64,000 bases of DNA from the human T2T-CHM13v2.0 reference genome, Homo sapiens. Of this stretch, positions 27,946 to 42,571 are shown in pieces (position 1 is the stretch's first letter; each line of letters opens with the position of its first letter). The notes under the pieces were generated by a model, which did no database searches, was not told the origin of the DNA, and saw only the letters and a list, made by a program, of their open reading frames with translations. The position numbers and the translations under genes are program-made. Location of the stretch: NCBI RefSeq assembly GCF_009914755.1, contig NC_060931.1, one strand, 5' to 3'.

Positions 27946-28104
27946 TTAAAATTACAAAATATTGTCCTGCTCATGTAAAGTGGTAGTGAAATAACTCACT
28001 ATGTGCCTCAATTGATCTTCTCAGACTTGCCTTTTTCCACTCTCTGTCCCATGCCCTAAGTTCCAGCTATATGTTACTTGATATTTACCCAACATCTATT
28101 CTTT

Positions 28105-28235
28105 AATTCTTTCGTTTATTCAATAAATATTTATTGAGTGCCTATACTGAACCAGGCAAAACTAGTAGGCACTGTATGCACTGGGGTATAACACTGAAAA
28201 AAGATGAACATGAACAAAGTCTCATTGAACATACG
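28105..28235 (-). mobile_element. L2 3' end remnant
   Basis: 'ttattcaataaatatttattgagtgcctatactgaaccaggca' is the antisense L2 tail. Confidence 0.7.
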
Positions 28236-29259
28236 AGCTCTAATTCTTCTCATTTCATAAAAGGAAAAATTCCTTTTAACCCTTATGTCTCTTTTTCTTG
28301 AAGTCACTCACTGGCTCCTTAATCTGTACTTCTATAGTGTTTTGTCTGTTTCATAAAAAACATTGCCTTATAATTGATATATATATAGCATATGTTTTTC
28401 TTCAAATAGGTTGTTAATTAAGTCTTTGATGGCATTATTTAATTACATCTTTCATTCTAGTACAATTTCCAGCACATAGTAGGTACTTAATAAACCAATT
28501 TTTGAATGGATTATTTAACAAATAAGATGGTACAATTTTAAAACAATTTAATTTCAAATAGCACTGATTATTTTAATTTGATTTCCATTTGACATGGTTC
28601 ATTCCAGCCCTTCTTTTGTTATTACAAATATTTTATACAGTAATATACTATCAAGCTCAGCTGGTTTAAAATCAATTTAACACAATTTGATCTATGCCTG
28701 CCTAGTGCTCTTATTATACTTTAAGCATTTCATTTATTCTTTCTGAACACTGATCTCATTAACAAAATGGATTTTTAATTCCTGCTACATGTTTTGTTGC
28801 AAAGATTGAAAGATTCAATTTATGAAATTGTTCCTAGATCATGGCAGTCCCTCAATAAATACGAAACTTAAATAGTTCAGACTTAGTCATTTTATTTCCT
28901 TTTTATTAACTAAATGTAAAATAATGTTTTGTGGGTAAAGCATTAGGCCACTTATGAATTCCAAGTCAAATTTATGGCTTTACATGTACCTAAATGTGCT
29001 GCTTTGCCAAGTAGTTTCATTTCCCTCTATATCAATTATTTTACATGTAAGATAAGATTGGACAAAATGGCATCCCTCTCATGTCTACAGTTGTATGAGT
29101 CTTTGAAGATGATGATGAAGTCTTTTTTGAAAATCAGCAATAACAAAGGCCTTTTAATCTTTTCCTTCCCTCCTTTCTTTTTCTTTCCAGTTGCAAATAT
29201 TATTAGGCATGCATGAGTGATAGCAGGTTAAAATTGGGAGTATTGGTATGAAATCATGG

Positions 29260-31655
29260 TTTAATATATAGATATAGATGTAATGATAGATATAGATAGA
29301 GACGTAAAGTTGTGTGGGTGTGTGTGTGAATACAAATACTTCCTAGTTCTGTGCACCTAAAGGGCCCGTGAATAGCAAAATCCACAAAATAATGAGCACA
29401 TTCACTACTGAACTTTTGGTTGCTACATACTTTCGACTGAAAGAAATCAGTGCTTCTTAAAAAATGGGGTGTGACTGAGAAGAACCTGAAATATTGTGTT
29501 GTGCCAGATAGTAATGAAATACTCAAAGAATGATGTTGTGTTAGTCCATTCTTGCATTGCTATAAAGAAATACCTGAGACAGGGCAATTTATAAAGAAAA
29601 GAGGTTTAATTGGCTCATGGTTCTACAGGCTGTCCAGGAAGCAGAACGCAGACATCTGCTTCAGGGGGGCCCTCAGGAAACTTACAATTATGTAAGCAGG
29701 GCAATCGGGTCCTAGGCCTGGCTCACAAAAGCATTCTTTCCTTCTAGGCTTCAAGACCTCTGATGAGACTGGCTGCTGCACAGGTCTCTGAAATGCCTTG
29801 GAGGCCTTTTTTCCATTGTCTTGGATGTTAGTATTTGGCTTCCTTTTTGTTATGCAAATTGCTCTAGCAAGTGGTAGCTACACAGCCTGCATGAATTCCT
29901 CTCCCCTAAAAGCTTTTTCTTTCTCTGCCAAATGGTCAGGCTGCAAATTCTTCAAATTTTTATACTCTGCTTCTTTTATAAATATAAGTTTCAACTTAAA
30001 GTCATTTATTTCCTCCGGCATATGAGTATTGGTTGTTAGGAGCAGCCAAGTGACATCCTAAGTACTTTGTGGCTTAGAAATTTCTTCCAACAGATATCCT
30101 AAATAATCAGTCTCAAGTTCAAAGTTCCACAGGTCCCTAGGGCAGGGGTACAATACAGCCAAGTTTTTTGCTGAAGCATAACAAAAGTGACCTTTGCTCC
30201 AGCTCTCAATAAGTTTCTCATTTCTGTCTGAGACCTCCTCAGCCTAGACTTCACTCTTCATATCACTATCAGCATCTGGGTTACAACAATTTATTGAGTC
30301 TCTTAGAAGTTCCAAACTTTCCCTTCTCTTCCCTGTCTTCTTCTGAACCCTCTACCCTCTTTCAACCTCTGCCTGTTATCCAATTCCAAAGCTGCTTTCA
30401 TATTTTCAGGTATCTTTAAAGCAACACTCCATTCCTTGGTACCAATTTTCTGTATTAGACCTTTCTTATTGCTATAAAGAAATATCTGATGTGGGTAATT
30501 TATAAAGAAAAGATGTTTAATTGGCTCATGGTTCTGCAGGCTGTACAAGAAGCATAGAGATATCTGCTCAGCTTCTGGGGAGGTCTCAGGAAACTTACAA
30601 TCATGGTGGAGAGCAAAGGAAGGGCAGGCAGAGCACATGGTGAAAACAGGATAAAATGAGAATGTTGAGGAGTCGCCTCACTTTTAAACAATCAGATCTT
30701 ATGAAAAACTTGCTATCATGAGCACAACAACAAAGGGATGGTGCCAAACCATTCATGAGAAATCCATCCCCAGTATACAATCACCTCACACCAAACATCA
30801 CCATCATCATTGGGGATTACATTTCAACATGAGATTTGGGTGGGACACATATCCAAACCATATCACATGTCAAAATGACTAAGGATCTAGCATAAGGGAC
30901 TTCCACTGATCAAATCTGAGATGATAATAGTAATTATTATAATACTCTAAATAAAATAGGTGTTCTTTTACTTAGAATGCCAACTAATAAATGCATTAAA
31001 ATGAATGTGAAAATAACAATTTGAAAATCATCATAGTCACAGTTAGGCAAAATTATCAACTGTTTATAAAATAAATGGATATAATGTGATTAAGAATGGG
31101 ATATGTATTTAGTTTCAAAGTATCTCTCTTCAAAGTACTTACTGATTGCAAAGGAAAAAAGAAATGTAACTTTCTAGTGGAGAAACCTGGCAGTGACCAG
31201 GTTACTTGGTCACTTAAGATAACTTGATTAAGATAACCTAATATCACCAAAAATGGAACACATCAATACTATATACTAACTAATAGGATGTAATAAGAAG
31301 GACATAGCATCACTCTTGTACTTTCCTACCCAAAATGCATAAAGTAGATACAACCTTGGAGAAATACTGGAAAATTCCACATTGAGGAACATTCTACAAA
31401 ATCAATACCCTATAATCTTAAAAAAAAATGTCAAGATTGTAGAAGTTAAGGAAAGACTAAGGAAATGCTCTTATTGAAGGACATGAGAGAGACATGGCTA
31501 CTGATTTCAAGTGACCATCCTGGATTGGATTCAGTTGGAGTAATTGCCTGGGACAATGGGCAAAATTGAATTTGGGGCAAAGGTTATGTGGGAGTTCGTT
31601 TTACTACTGCAATTTTTCAATAAGTTTGAATGCTTTCCAAATAAAATTAATTTTC
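29260..31655 (+). mobile_element. Old L1M (L1MC-like) 3' UTR, split by the MST insertion
   Basis: L1MC-type text on both sides of the MST element ('gtgccagatagtaatgaaatactcaaagaatgatg', 'gtggagaaacctggcag', 'attgaggaacattctacaaaa'), ending ~'ccaaataaaa'. Confidence 0.7.
29537..30865 (-). mobile_element. MST (ERVL-MaLR) provirus with large internal deletion: complete LTR 30451-30865, internal remnant ~29696-30450, partial LTR 29537-~29695
   Basis: Two homologous LTR ends (tgtgttagtccattcttgcattgctataaagaaatac / tgtattagacctttcttattgctataaagaaatatc); LTR-internal junction ggtaccaattttc; terminus atccaaaccatatca; 5-bp TSD gatgt/catgt. Confidence 0.9.
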
Positions 31656-31854
31656 ATAAGAAGACATAAATAAAGCCAACAAAAGGTTTTCTAATATGAA
31701 ATAGTAGACTATATGTGAAAACTTCTTGAAGTTAGTCAAATACCTAATAGGTGGAAGCCAGTGTACTCACTAGGAATGTGTGATATTGGCTGGATCCATG
31801 GTCTCCATTGTTACATTTTTCTGTCTCTTGACCAGTAATGACATATTCATATAT

Positions 31855-32164
31855 TTTTATTTTTACGTATTTATTTATTTTTGACCTAAGGTCTCACTCT
31901 GTTGCTCAGGCTAGAGTGCAGTGGTGTGACCACATCTCACTGCAGCTTCGAACTCCAGGGCTTATGTGATCCACCCACCTCAGCTTCCTGAGTATCTGGG
32001 ACCAAAGGCACATGCCACCATGTCTGGCTGATTTTTGTATTTTTTTGGAGAGAGGAGGTTTCATATGTTGCCTTGGCTTGTCTCAAACTCCTGGGCTCAA
32101 GCGATCCTCCACCCTGGCCTTCCAAAGTCCTGGGATTACAGATGTGAGACACTGCACCAAGCCT
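31855..32164 (-). mobile_element. AluJ (old, diverged)
   Basis: Antisense dimer with J-type text 'ctcactgcagcttcgaactcc', 'ctcctgggctcaagcgatcctcc'. Confidence 0.94.
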
Positions 32165-32468
32165 CTTATTTTGAATAAAAGTTATTTCAGTCATAGTTCG
32201 GCCTCCCGGTCAATTTAGATGTTACTCTTTCTATATGTCCACAGCATGCTTTATATGCCTTTATTAGCACAAATCACAGTGTCTCCTAAGCTAAACTATA
32301 AGATCTGTGATGGCAGGAAGCTTGTTGTAAAAGACCACTGTACCACGGCAATTTATTTCAGAATTAAAGTTACACCATGCTCATATTGTGAATTATGTAT
32401 CATTTATCAATATGTAAGAAATCCTTTGTTCCATTACATCTCTTTATTCTTTAAAATGTCTGTATAGT

Positions 32469-32769
32469 GGCCGGGCATGGTGGCTCATGCCTGAAATCCC
32501 AGCACTTTCGGAGGTAGAGGTGGGCATGTCACCTAAGTTCAGGAGTTCAAGACCAGCCTGGCCAACATGGTGAAACCACACCTCTACTAAAAATACAAAA
32601 ATTAGCTGGGCATAGTGGTGCACACCTGTAATCCTAGGTACAGGGGAGGCTGAGGCAGAATTCCTTGAACCCGGGAGGCGGAGGTTGTAGTGACTTGAGA
32701 TCGCCACTGCACTCCAGCCTGGGTGACAAAGTGAGACTCGGTGTCAAAAAATAAATAAATAAATAAATA
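32469..32769 (+). mobile_element. Full-length AluS
   Basis: ggccgggcatggtggctc start, (AAAT)n tail, TSD core ctgtatag on both sides. Confidence 0.96.
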
Positions 32770-33611
32770 GGCTGTATAGAAATAATAATATAAAAATTGC
32801 ATTGGCATTTTTCACAATAGCAAATTTTAAGCATTTGATCTTTCACATAGTATATCATTGAATTTAGTTGTATTTATTTATTTTTGCCCTAAATGACAGA
32901 ATGAATCTTTTAATATGGAATGTTCCCACTTACTGTTATAAACGATATACTTCTTTGCCCTTTTCTTTAATGCCATGGCTCCTTGCCACCTCCTTTACTT
33001 TTGTTATATGGATTATGTATAATTTCATTTTGAATTCACTGGTATGTTAGAAACTGGATGCCACATTTAGATCTGCCAGCCATTGCTCCTGAATTTTGAA
33101 AAGCAGTTTTAAAGCCATTAGTATTTTTTTCTAGTTGTGAGTGAAGGTTCATCTCTAGGATAACCCATTTCTGATAGAAGATTCGGCCTCCTTACTCCTC
33201 AGTTACTATCATAATGAGGGTTGGATTGAGGAGGCTGGGAGCAGAATAGAGATCATCCATAGAGGAGGTCTGTGGTGCTGAAAGGAAAGGCCAGCCTTAT
33301 GATAACCACTTGAAGACAAGAAACAGCAGCCTGGGGATACTGCCCACATGAGCCATGGTAGATTCAAGGACTTACATGGAAACTGGGTGGAAGTTAATCA
33401 ACATGTGGAGTTAGTGTGTTGACAATCATGTGAGCATCACCCAGGGATTATACTTGGATAGGATTAGATAGAGATGACCCAGACTACTTTCCACAAAAAA
33501 AGGGATAAGCAGTTTAGTTAATGATAGCCTGGGTTTCTTTTATTAAAACTGTATTTTTCTCAGTTTATTCCAATTTGAAATCATTATCAATTTCTTATAG
33601 ATTTTGATATT

Positions 33612-33860
33612 AGATAGTATAGTGTGGTGTTCAAAAGAACAGACTCTGTAGCTACATTCAGTAGGTTCAAATTCCATCTCTGTTGCTCATTAACTGTGCA
33701 ATCTTGAGTGTTTTACTTAGCTTTCTTATCTCAATGTCTACAGCTATAAAATGGGGGAAAATGTGGATAGGCATAAAATATTTTAAAAGAGAAACTGAGT
33801 CAATATTTATGGCAATACTTGGTTGGCATAGCTAGAATTCAACAAATATTCATCATTACT
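33612..33860 (+). mobile_element. MIR SINE
   Basis: 'gtatagtgtggtgttcaaaagaacagactctg...ggttcaaattcc...aactgtgcaatcttgag...tataaaatgggg' follows the MIR head and core. Confidence 0.7.
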
Positions 33861-34616
33861 AAAGTGTGTTTTGATAGTGCTGAGATGTTTTCTTTTTCTT
33901 CTGTATCTTCATGGATATCTAAAAGAACACAGAAATTGCCATTTATCTGCTACCCAGAAGCCACACTGAAATGGAATTTCTTGATTGTCCATTTTAAATG
34001 ATATTTTCTATAATATTCAGAATCACCTGAGCCCTTAACTGCACCAACGTTGCACTGACAAAGATGATGTATATAGAAATTCCACCATCTGTGCATATGT
34101 CACAACATCATCCTTTTTGGAACCAATCCGCCACTATTAATTAGCTCCACAGTAAATTCATGATTTTTAGTCACTGCTGGATCCTCAAAGCTGGTTTACA
34201 GTTAAAAAAAACATTATTCCTAGCTTCCTAGTTGACTCTTTTTTGCATTTCCTTTTGTGGCTGCTATAAAATAATTTCATTCTCCTTGACCTTGCCAATT
34301 ATTTATTCAACTTCCAGAACAGCTAACCTCCAAAAGCTTTGTAAATAAATCCATTTTTTATGTTAGCAATTAAATTAATATGTATTCTAAGCATCCTCAT
34401 ATTTTTTAGCAACATCATAATTTATTAAAATGTTATTATCTTTACTGTTTCCCCCATTTATTAACAAACATAATTGTCTTTCCTATCCTAAAACATCTTC
34501 TATTTGTGAAGTTTGTAAGCTTCTCTCATTCTAACAACCTTCTCTAAGTCAGTAGATAACGTTAAGCCAGTGATTTCTAAAGAAAAAATATTTTCATTTC
34601 TGTATAGTATCTATTA

Positions 34617-35015
<399 letters not shown>

Positions 35016-37631
35016 TTATGTAAATTTTATTTACAGAAAAATAAGCATTTTAACAGGTTAATATAAGTTGTTAATCTTTAAGAATTGTGTGTGTGTGTGT
35101 TTGGGGTTTAAAGGTTACGAACAGTAAGAGGAAGCTTGGCTTCCAGACTTACTGGAACACTTAAATCTTCTCAGCACACCCAACATCATACCACTCTAGA
35201 AGCAGTATACCGATGAACACATACTAACCATTTCCCGAATGCATGGAAAGCAGATACATCAATACACGCGTGTGTTAAACTATGGGTTGGAACTTCTAAA
35301 GTAATGTATCAAGTCAAATCTCATCAAACCTGCACTCATTTTTCTCCTCAATATTTCTGTTCAACTATTACTGTTAATGTTACACATCATTAGGCTTAAA
35401 ATCCAAGAAAAACACTCAAATTTATATTTGATTCTTTTCCAGTGCTCTCATTTACTAAGTGAAACATAAAGAGGACCAAAAAGTAGATATATTTTACTGA
35501 AGAATGTATAGAAGTTGGCAACTGATTGCATGTGGCAAAAAAAAAAGAGGATATTAACAAAAATGGCATAATAGAAACAAAGTATCAAACTAGCTGCTTA
35601 TTAGATATATATGCAGGGTTTTTTCCACATAATTCACATAGTAAAAGTGTTGTTAAACATAATAATAAATAAAATAATAAGAGACTTGGAATTTACTAGT
35701 TTAAAAGTAAATGCTATATATGCCACTGATTCACTGATCTTAGTTTAATTTTGCATATGGAAACATAACTTCTTAAATTCCAGTTACAAAGATTGTCAGA
35801 ATTTTAAAAATGCCACTTTCTTTCATTGTGTAAACATACCTTGCATTTTTTAGGAATAAAATAAATTAAATTTATTCCTTAAATTTTTTTCCTGGATACT
35901 GGACAATCAATTATTTAAGATTTACGTGCTTTGGATGTGTTGGTTCCAGAATTGCTGACAATGCTAGATTGGAGAGGCAATAAATGCTAAGTCGCATACA
36001 AAAGATTTGAATGAAGCTGTTATGGTTATCAACATCATGTCTGAAAATGACCTTTTTGATTTGTTTTTAAATTTAGATAGTTGTATGATACAAGGAAATG
36101 AGATGACTAATTTATATTTAATTTTATATTTAAAGGAAATTTGAGCATTTACATTCTCTTTTAAAGTAAATGCTATGTGTATCTGTCTCTGAGCAGGTCT
36201 TTGCTTCAAACTTTTGGCTGACACTAGTTGGTAAAAACAGCAAAGGGACTACCTACTAAAGGAATGTTCAATCTAGTTCTCCTGACAGTCAAAGGATTCG
36301 ATTATCATTTTCTAAGTATCACATTCTTTTTGTTCAATCACTATGATTCAGGAACAATCTTCAAAGTTGACTTTGAAATACTGAAACAAAGACAAAATAG
36401 GAAACACAGCCCTAAATCTGTCCTAGTTAACAGTATTACCATCATCAGAATCTCCTCCCCGAATTTTGGGATGAGATCAGACAAGGCTAGGGAGATGGCC
36501 AAATGTAGAATGGTAAAATGCTTTGTCTCCTAGAACTCATCAAAATGAAAAGAAAACTTGACCTTCAGTTTCAGTGTCCCTTTCTGTAAAGAGTATTAGC
36601 ACTTTAAATAGCATACTGAATTCCAGTTAGGAATTGTGTCTTATGAACTGAATGATTTTTCTTTTCAAAGGTATTGATAACAAGGGTCATGAAGGAGGAG
36701 AATGTGCTTATTTTTTCAACTCACTGTCAAATCTCTTCCCCATTTTCTAGATTATGTTCCTTTTTTTGATTGATGGACCTATTATATTTCTGGGAATAAA
36801 AGCCAAACACACACATCATACAGAGGTTTGCTTTAGGCACACAAATTCAAGTTCTGTTTAACACAGTGGGGTCACCAAACATCTAGTAATGCCTTTGCCA
36901 ATGTTTGTGTTTTCTTGCAATTAGATGAAAATCAAAGCCATGTGGACACCAACAGGGAAAACAGCAGGTCTCAATGTGTGTTTGGCAGTGCACGTTCTCC
37001 ACTTCTCTTGTACTCTTTTATTTTTTTTGACAATGTAACCAAAGATTTATTTTATTTTATTATTTGTGTTGTGGTGGTGGTCTTAAACATTTTTCTCCCA
37101 TTTTACTTATATTGCTTATCTACAATTCCCAGGTGGCTTCAGAAAAGAAAATCAAACTTCTCTCTGTAATAAGTCTACTTCCCTTACTGTTTAAATACAG
37201 AAGACAATATAGCAGGTGCCTAAAAAACTGTGGGAAGACATTAAACAAAAGGCAAATATAAAGAATTTTTGACTTTATGCTCCACCAAAGGTTTTTCCAG
37301 GAAATGAAAGCAATACAGGCATAACAAAAGTATATAAGAAAAAAATATGTGCACATATACATGCAAGCATCCATGCGAAATTTAATTTTTAAAACATGCA
37401 GTTATGGCAGTAGGAATTAATAAATCTCTATTTAATAGAAAACTTATTATATTTCTTTTTCAACTAAATATTACAATGTAAAGGCTGGTGATGCCAACAA
37501 TTGTAAGTGACTAATATAAATTCAAGCATAATAAATCTTTATTACTTTTAAATTTTCTCAGAGTTTCATTTAATGCTTTGTTTGTTTTACCTTTGGTTCT
37601 CATAAGGGAAGTTGAATATAAAGAAATAGTT

Positions 37632-37970
37632 GGCAAGGCATGGTGGCTCATGCCTCTATTCCCAGCACTTTGGAAGACCTAAGTGGGTGGATCAGTTGAG
37701 CTCAGGAGACCAGACTGGGCAACATAGTGAAACCTAGTCTCTAGAAAAAACACAAACATTAGTGGGCATGGTGGTGTGGACCTGTAACCCAGCTACTGGG
37801 GAGGCTGAGGCAGGAAGATCACCTGAGTTGGGGATGTCCAGGCTGCAGTGAGACATGATTGTGAGACATGATTGACTGTGAGTGAGACATGATCGACTGC
37901 ACTGTAGAGCCTGCATAACAGAATCAGACCCCATCTCAAAAAAAAAAAAAAAAAAGAAGAAGAAGAAAGA
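37632..37970 (+). mobile_element. AluJ with internal triplication
   Basis: Diverged Alu dimer with poly(A)/(GAA) tail; TSD core aagaaata on both sides. Confidence 0.93.
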
Positions 37971-39164
37971 AATAAGAGATATTTCCTTTCCTTTGGTAAC
38001 AAAAACATAGCCCTCAAATTCAATGTATAAACTGTAAGGATTAAAATTCCACTGAAGTCTTGACAGGTTCAATTTTGTTAAAAAATTTTAAAATTCACCT
38101 TCTCTTTCTATCTCAACTTTAAAAAATACATCTTAGTGGACTTTTTAATCTAAAGGAAGAAAAATTAAATAGATATGAGGCACCTCAACGTAGCTGTAAT
38201 GACTTTGATTTGATATTCATCCAAACTAAATTATTTCATTCACATATTGAGTTCACATTGAATTCAGTGGCAGACAGTGAAGGAATGTAGAACAGATCAA
38301 GAGTAATGTCGATAAAGGAAGGAGTGGGCATAGAATTTCATTGTGAAATATGACGCCATCCTTTAAAAATTATTTCAAGAATTGCTGACAATGTTGTATC
38401 TAAAATAGTAGACTTTGATAAACAACAAATATAAATATGAGTCTCTAGGAAAGAAAACCGTATTTAAAGCTCTCTGATTTATTACCTATAGTTTGATGGA
38501 TTCATATTTTATTAGATAATGATAGCTAATTATTTTTTGACAAAAATCATGTTAATACTTTATCTGATTCATCCTCAGAATGGCTCTTTAAAGATACAGG
38601 GCTCAGAATATGAGTAAAAGTTCAGAGAAATAGAAGACAAGGCAGCTAGAATTCAAAGGTAGTCCACTTTCCCCACCAAAAAAAACCCCTTTCCATCCAC
38701 ACCCTAACTCAGAGCAGCTCTTATTCTTCAAGAATATGTTGTACTGTTTTAGGACCTTAGCGAGGTTTTGATGTTTCAACTTTTTAATTGCAAGGAACTA
38801 TATTTGCATCATTTAAAAATGCCATAATCATGTATTTCCAAGGATCTAAATATTTGATGTCATTTATCTCACCATCAATCTACATTTAATATTTAAAATA
38901 AACAATTTGTGCTGCATAGAATAATATGTAATGTTTAAAAACTATATTTATTTTTTATAACATGCACACAGAACAAGGAATTACTTTATGTGTTTGACTC
39001 ACTATGCTTCATATCATAGTCAGGCTATTTTTATCTCTTGATGAAAGTAAAAATAAAGTTTGCATTACCTTAGTTTATTATTAACTAAACTTGTCACGTT
39101 CTCTTAATTTTTCATTCCAAATCATCCAAAGCCTAGAATCATAGCATTTTGGTTGTTTCAATAT

Positions 39165-39300
39165 GAATTTTTCAAGCTTTATTGAGGTATAATTGACAAA
39201 CAAAAGATGTATATATTGAAGATGTACAATGTAATTATGAAATAATTATCTCAATCAAGGTAATTAACACATTCTTCAACTCATCAAAAAACATCACTCC
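39165..39300 (-). mobile_element. L1M 3' terminal fragment
   Basis: 'gctttattgaggtataattgacaaac...atatattgaagatgtacaatgt' is the antisense L1MA/MB terminus. Confidence 0.7.
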
Positions 39301-40079
39301 CATTTTTAAAAATTTTTCCTTACTCTTAAGGCAATTAAAAAAATTTTTAGTATATTCCATTTGCTTTGAATGTAAAGTATTTCTGTTTTTCAGTAATTCC
39401 AAAAGAGCATGTATTTCAGAAGTCTTTCTAATTGGAAGAATGGATTGTGATAAACTGTATACCTCAGTCACCAGTCTAACAGATGATCTTACTTCTCAAA
39501 TAATACAAATTTTCACTTTACTAAATTTCCATATCACTTCATTCAATTTGTTTAATTTTTTTTCCCTATCTATATATTCGTTTACCTTGAAAAGTGGTCA
39601 AACTACATTTTCAGATTTATGATTATGTGTATTACTTGGAGGAAAATGTATATGAAGTGAAATTAGCACCACCAGTATTCTGTTCAGTGTACCATTGTGT
39701 AGACCAGCCACGCCAAGCACTCAAATGCTGTTCGTTTACAACTGATTTACCATAGTATCTGAAAACTCAGCATGTACTTTTGTGGTTTGCATTAGAAAGT
39801 TCTTATAAGACAATGAGAAGGACTATTTAATTTGACTAGTTAATTTTTAAACTCATAAAAATATACAAAAATAATAATAACAGGTTTCAATGCTGGGTTT
39901 AGAAAAATGGTAACAAAAGAGAAATTTTACTTTTGTATTCCAGTATCTCTCTGAGAATCATCACTGCACCACATGTAGATACAATGTGTAGTCCAATTTT
40001 CCCATGCTTCAGGAAATAGATACTTCCATCTTTATTGCTTAAAAATTTAATGAATCTTAAAATGTTTACATAGTTAATC

Positions 40080-40216
40080 TTTTTTTTAATATATATTTTT
40101 TAAGGCAGTGTCTCATTATATTGCCAAGGCTGGATTTGAACTCCTGGGCTCAGAAGATCTTTCTATCTCAGCTTCCCTAGTAGCTGGGGCTACAGGTGTG
40201 GCCCACCATGCCCAGC
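40080..40216 (-). mobile_element. FLAM-type Alu monomer
   Basis: Single antisense left-arm-type monomer; TSD taatcttt on both sides. Confidence 0.85.
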
Positions 40217-40402
40217 TAATCTTTAAACAAATTTTAAGTAAATTTTTCTAAAAAATATTGAATGTTTAAACGAATTAAATTTATGCTACCCAATTACACA
40301 AATAAGTGACACCCATAAAGTAATTTACATCATTTTAAAATAGTCAGGACATAAGATATTTAATCTAATCAATGCATTTTATAAATGAACACAATGAGGT
40401 CA

Positions 40403-41492
<1,090 letters not shown>

Positions 41493-41509
41493 GATAGATG
41501 CACAAACAC

Positions 41510-42270
41510 AAAATAAATGCAATGAAAACCACAATGAGAAACTACTTCACAAAAACTAGGATGGCAATGATAAAAAATATATAATGACAAATGTTAGCAA
41601 GGATATTGAGAACTTGGAACCCACGCATGTTGCTGGTGAGAATGTAAAATGATTTTAGCTGCTGTGGAAAACAGTGAGGCTATTCCTCAAAAAGTTATAC
41701 ATACTGTTACCATGTGATCTAGCAATTCCACTTGTAGATATGTACCAACGACAAATGAAAACATGCCCATGTAAAAGCTTATACATGAATATTCATAGTA
41801 CTACTCACAATAACCAAAAAGTAGAAAAAATCTAAATGGCCATTGATTGATAAATGGTGTATAAATTGTGGCATATCCATTCAATGGGATATTATTTGGC
41901 AATAAAGAGGAGTGAAGTAATGATACATGCTAAAATTGAATGAACTTTGAAAACATGCTAAGTGAAAAGTCACAAAAGAACAGAAATTATATAATTTCAT
42001 TGATATGTCGATAGGCAAATCGATACAGGCAAGAATTTGATTAGTGCTTGCTTAGGGTGAGAAGTGGGAGAGAATGGGGTGTAACAGCTAGTGGTTTCCT
42101 TTAGGGAAGATGAAAAAATTCCGTTATTAGATTGTGATGATAATTATACCACCTTGTAAATGTACATGGCATTGTATACTTAAAATTGGTGAATTTTATG
42201 GTATGTAAATTATACATCAATAAAGCTGTTTTTACAACCAAAAACCAAACCAAACCAACCAAACAAAAAA
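41510..42270 (+). mobile_element. L1MB-type 3' end
   Basis: 'aaaaccacaatgaga', 'gctgctgtggaaaacag', 'ctagcaattccactt', ending ggtatgtaaattatacatcaataaagctg plus an A/C tail. Confidence 0.9.
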
Positions 42271-42546
42271 ACTGTCTGTGTCCTTGGCTCATCTAGAATC
42301 CGAGGACCTCTTCTTTGATCTTAAATACCCTTGAAGAGGGTTATCTTTTATATTGCTTTCCATGTTATACTCTTTTCATTTTTAGATTTTACACATTTAA
42401 AAGTTGTTTTTTTTTTCCTATTTATCTTAACTGTGTCTAAGGAGCCATAATATTCTGAGTACTAGCCAGGGGATTCACACAGCTGAAGCTTCACCTTCCT
42501 TTCACGTGACAGCCTTCAAATTGTCTCCTTTCCCAAATTCCTACAG

Positions 42547-42571
42547 CAACACCCACAACTCCCGTGGCATG
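42547..42571 (+). other. Candidate short exon (or 3' end of a longer/first exon) ending ATG|GTAAGT
   Basis: Strong donor gtaagt at 42572-42577; possible acceptor tctcctttcccaaattcctacag ending 42546. No transcript evidence. Confidence 0.3.

Noticed and set aside
36900-36970. Acceptor-like tgttttcttgcaattag followed by ATG
   Set aside because: No convincing donor downstream and no recognisable peptide.
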